Source of the DNA: Laetmonice hystrix
Lineage: Eukaryota
Direction of reading: 5' to 3'
Assembly: GCA_965235115.1 (NCBI GenBank)
Contig: OZ249443.1
Span: 12,648,001 to 12,712,000, forward strand
Length of the DNA: 64,000 nt
Below are positions 62,309-64,000 of this stretch, piece by piece. Position numbers and translations under genes: made by a program. Below the pieces are notes generated by a model, which did no database searches, had not been told where the DNA came from, and was given only the letters and a program-made list of their open reading frames with translations. How positions within the stretch are numbered: position 1 is the stretch's first letter; each line of letters begins with the position of its first letter.

Positions 62309-62792
62309 CGCGTGTCTGTCAGAGTGGGCGTCAAAGATACCACACTCCTGCGACACGAGGCGTGTCTATCAGCGTGGGAGTCAATGGGCAAACCAGTAGT
62401 ATACCACACTCCTGCTACACGAGGCGTGTCTGTCAGCGTGGGAGTCAATGGGCGAACCAGTAGTGGACCACACTCCTGCTACACGAGGCGTGTCTGTCAG
62501 CGTGGGAGTCAATGGGCAAACCAGTAGTATACCACACTCCTGCTACACGAGGCGTGTCTGTCAGCGTGGGAGTCAATGGGCGAACCAGTAGTGGACCACA
62601 CTCCTGCTACACGAGGCGTGTCTGTCAGCGTGGGAGTCAATGGGCAAACCAGTAGTGGACCACACTCCTGCTACACGAGGCGTGTCTGTCAGAGTGGGCG
62701 TCAATGGGCGAACCAGTAGTATACCGCACTTCTGCTACACTAGGCGTGTCTCTCAGCGTGGGCAAACCAATAGTATACCACACTCCTGCTAC
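62309..62792. repeat. 64-bp minisatellite, ~7.5 copies
   Basis: CCACACTCCTGCTACACGAGGCG... at 62340, 62404, 62468 and onward. Confidence 0.96.
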
Positions 62793-63689
62793 CGCCATCT
62801 ACCGGTAGTTCCAGATTGGCTGAAGGTTCCTATAGCATAAATATGACCTACAATATACATCTATAACTGGACCTCCAGATTGCAGGCAATCAGCCGTAAA
62901 TCTGCACACAAAGATTTTTCCGGAAAAAAAGAAATAGAAATGGTTGTCATGCCTGAAATTCGAATCCATGACCCTTATCATGAAATATCTGCATGTTGTC
63001 ACTAAGCCACCCCGTCATACATATAATTTGACTTGCTCTAAATTAATGACCATGGTAATCAATGATAAACGAAATAAATTCTTCTCTCACAATTCTACTA
63101 ACCCTTAATACAAACTAACACTAATGTCTGGGCCAGGCCCTCGGTCACGCACAAGATTTCTCTGTTCACGGCATGTGTAGAGGCTGGTGTCAATTATTGG
63201 AACTAAACCTACGACTGCAAAATGATCCGTGCGTCTAGCGCCATCTAGGGGGAATATGGATCCAAGGACGGACCAGCAAACACGATACCACAGCTCGCTA
63301 CAACACCACCCAACTAATGCAGACCTGTGAAATCTCCCGCCTGACCATTCATTTGCAGAAAAAGATGCGGGTTAAGAGAGGGCGCTTCCTTTTTCAGATG
63401 GCAGAGGTGCCACAGCGCCAGGCTCGGTAGCGCCATCAAGTTGATGGCGCTGACATGAGGCCTCTCTGCCGTTCTTTGCCTACCTTTGCATGCTAAGAAC
63501 ATCAATACTTGTATTTACTTTACTTTTTACCACGCCCCCCTCCCCCACACCATCTTCCGTCAGATTCGCCCTTGCGCGTTAACCATATAGTTCTATTTAA
63601 TCGAAAATGTATGACTAATTTAAATACCAGGAAAGATGGCACTGCATAAAATACGTGAAATAATAAATTGAAGTATTGCTTTTGTTATT

Positions 63690-63695
63690 TTTATT
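63690..63695 (-). promoter_or_regulatory. Polyadenylation signal AATAAA of the paralog
   Basis: In a 3' UTR segment homologous to ~40115-40180. Confidence 0.55.
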
Positions 63696-63877
63696 ACACA
63701 GAATATTGACAGCATTCTCCTATATTCCACAATCAGAGATCACACGTACAGATACTATTAGTGTTAACTTTATGGATTTATCAATAAGTAAAAATCGTAT
63801 CAGTATGTGAAGGAGTAGACTGTTGAAACGTATGGGTCTGGTGTCCTGTGGGAGTTTAGCAAGTTACTGGTAGTGGT

Positions 63878-64000
63878 CTACGGATGGCTACATGCCCCAT
63901 CCCGCCACACCGTGCCGACCGAACACGGCATATTCCAACAACCGCCCCATTTGTCGCACTGGATGAACCTGGTGGAATCCTTGTAGTTAGTGAAGTGGAA
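63878..64000 (-). CDS. Terminal exon (partial) of a tandem paralog of the EGF/CBM14-like gene
   Basis: Matches 40466-40588 except 2 substitutions (one synonymous, one K->R); same TAG; homologous 3' UTR. Confidence 0.88.
   Translation of the reverse strand, partial: FHFTNYKDSTRFIQCDKWGGCWNMPCSVGTVWRDGACSHP

Overview
Eukaryotic (metazoan) genomic DNA. Abundant 'taggccta' motifs, poly-G/C runs and fibropellin/Notch-type EGF exons suggest an invertebrate deuterostome such as an echinoderm; this is inference, not proof. The left ~40 kb has no supportable protein-coding gene. It holds micro/minisatellites, small inverted-repeat elements, a tRNA-Val(CAC)-like pseudogene and very decayed transposon relics. 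The right part holds one complete minus-strand gene (CDS 59723->40466) that I reconstructed by hand as 34 exons, all introns GT-AG and phase 1, 4986 nt and about 1661 aa. It encodes a secreted protein: signal peptide, one chitin-binding type-2 (CBM14/peritrophin-A)-like domain with non-canonical cysteines, 11 EGF domains (mostly Ca-binding type), then 11 [short EGF + CBM14-like] modules. Nine of these modules form a ~1.15-kb two-exon tandem array homogenised through its introns. The first module lacks the internal intron seen in all the others. A nearly identical terminal exon of a second copy enters at 63878-64000, indicating a tandem gene family. Intron 4 carries a decayed THAP-containing, probably Kolobok-type, transposon.
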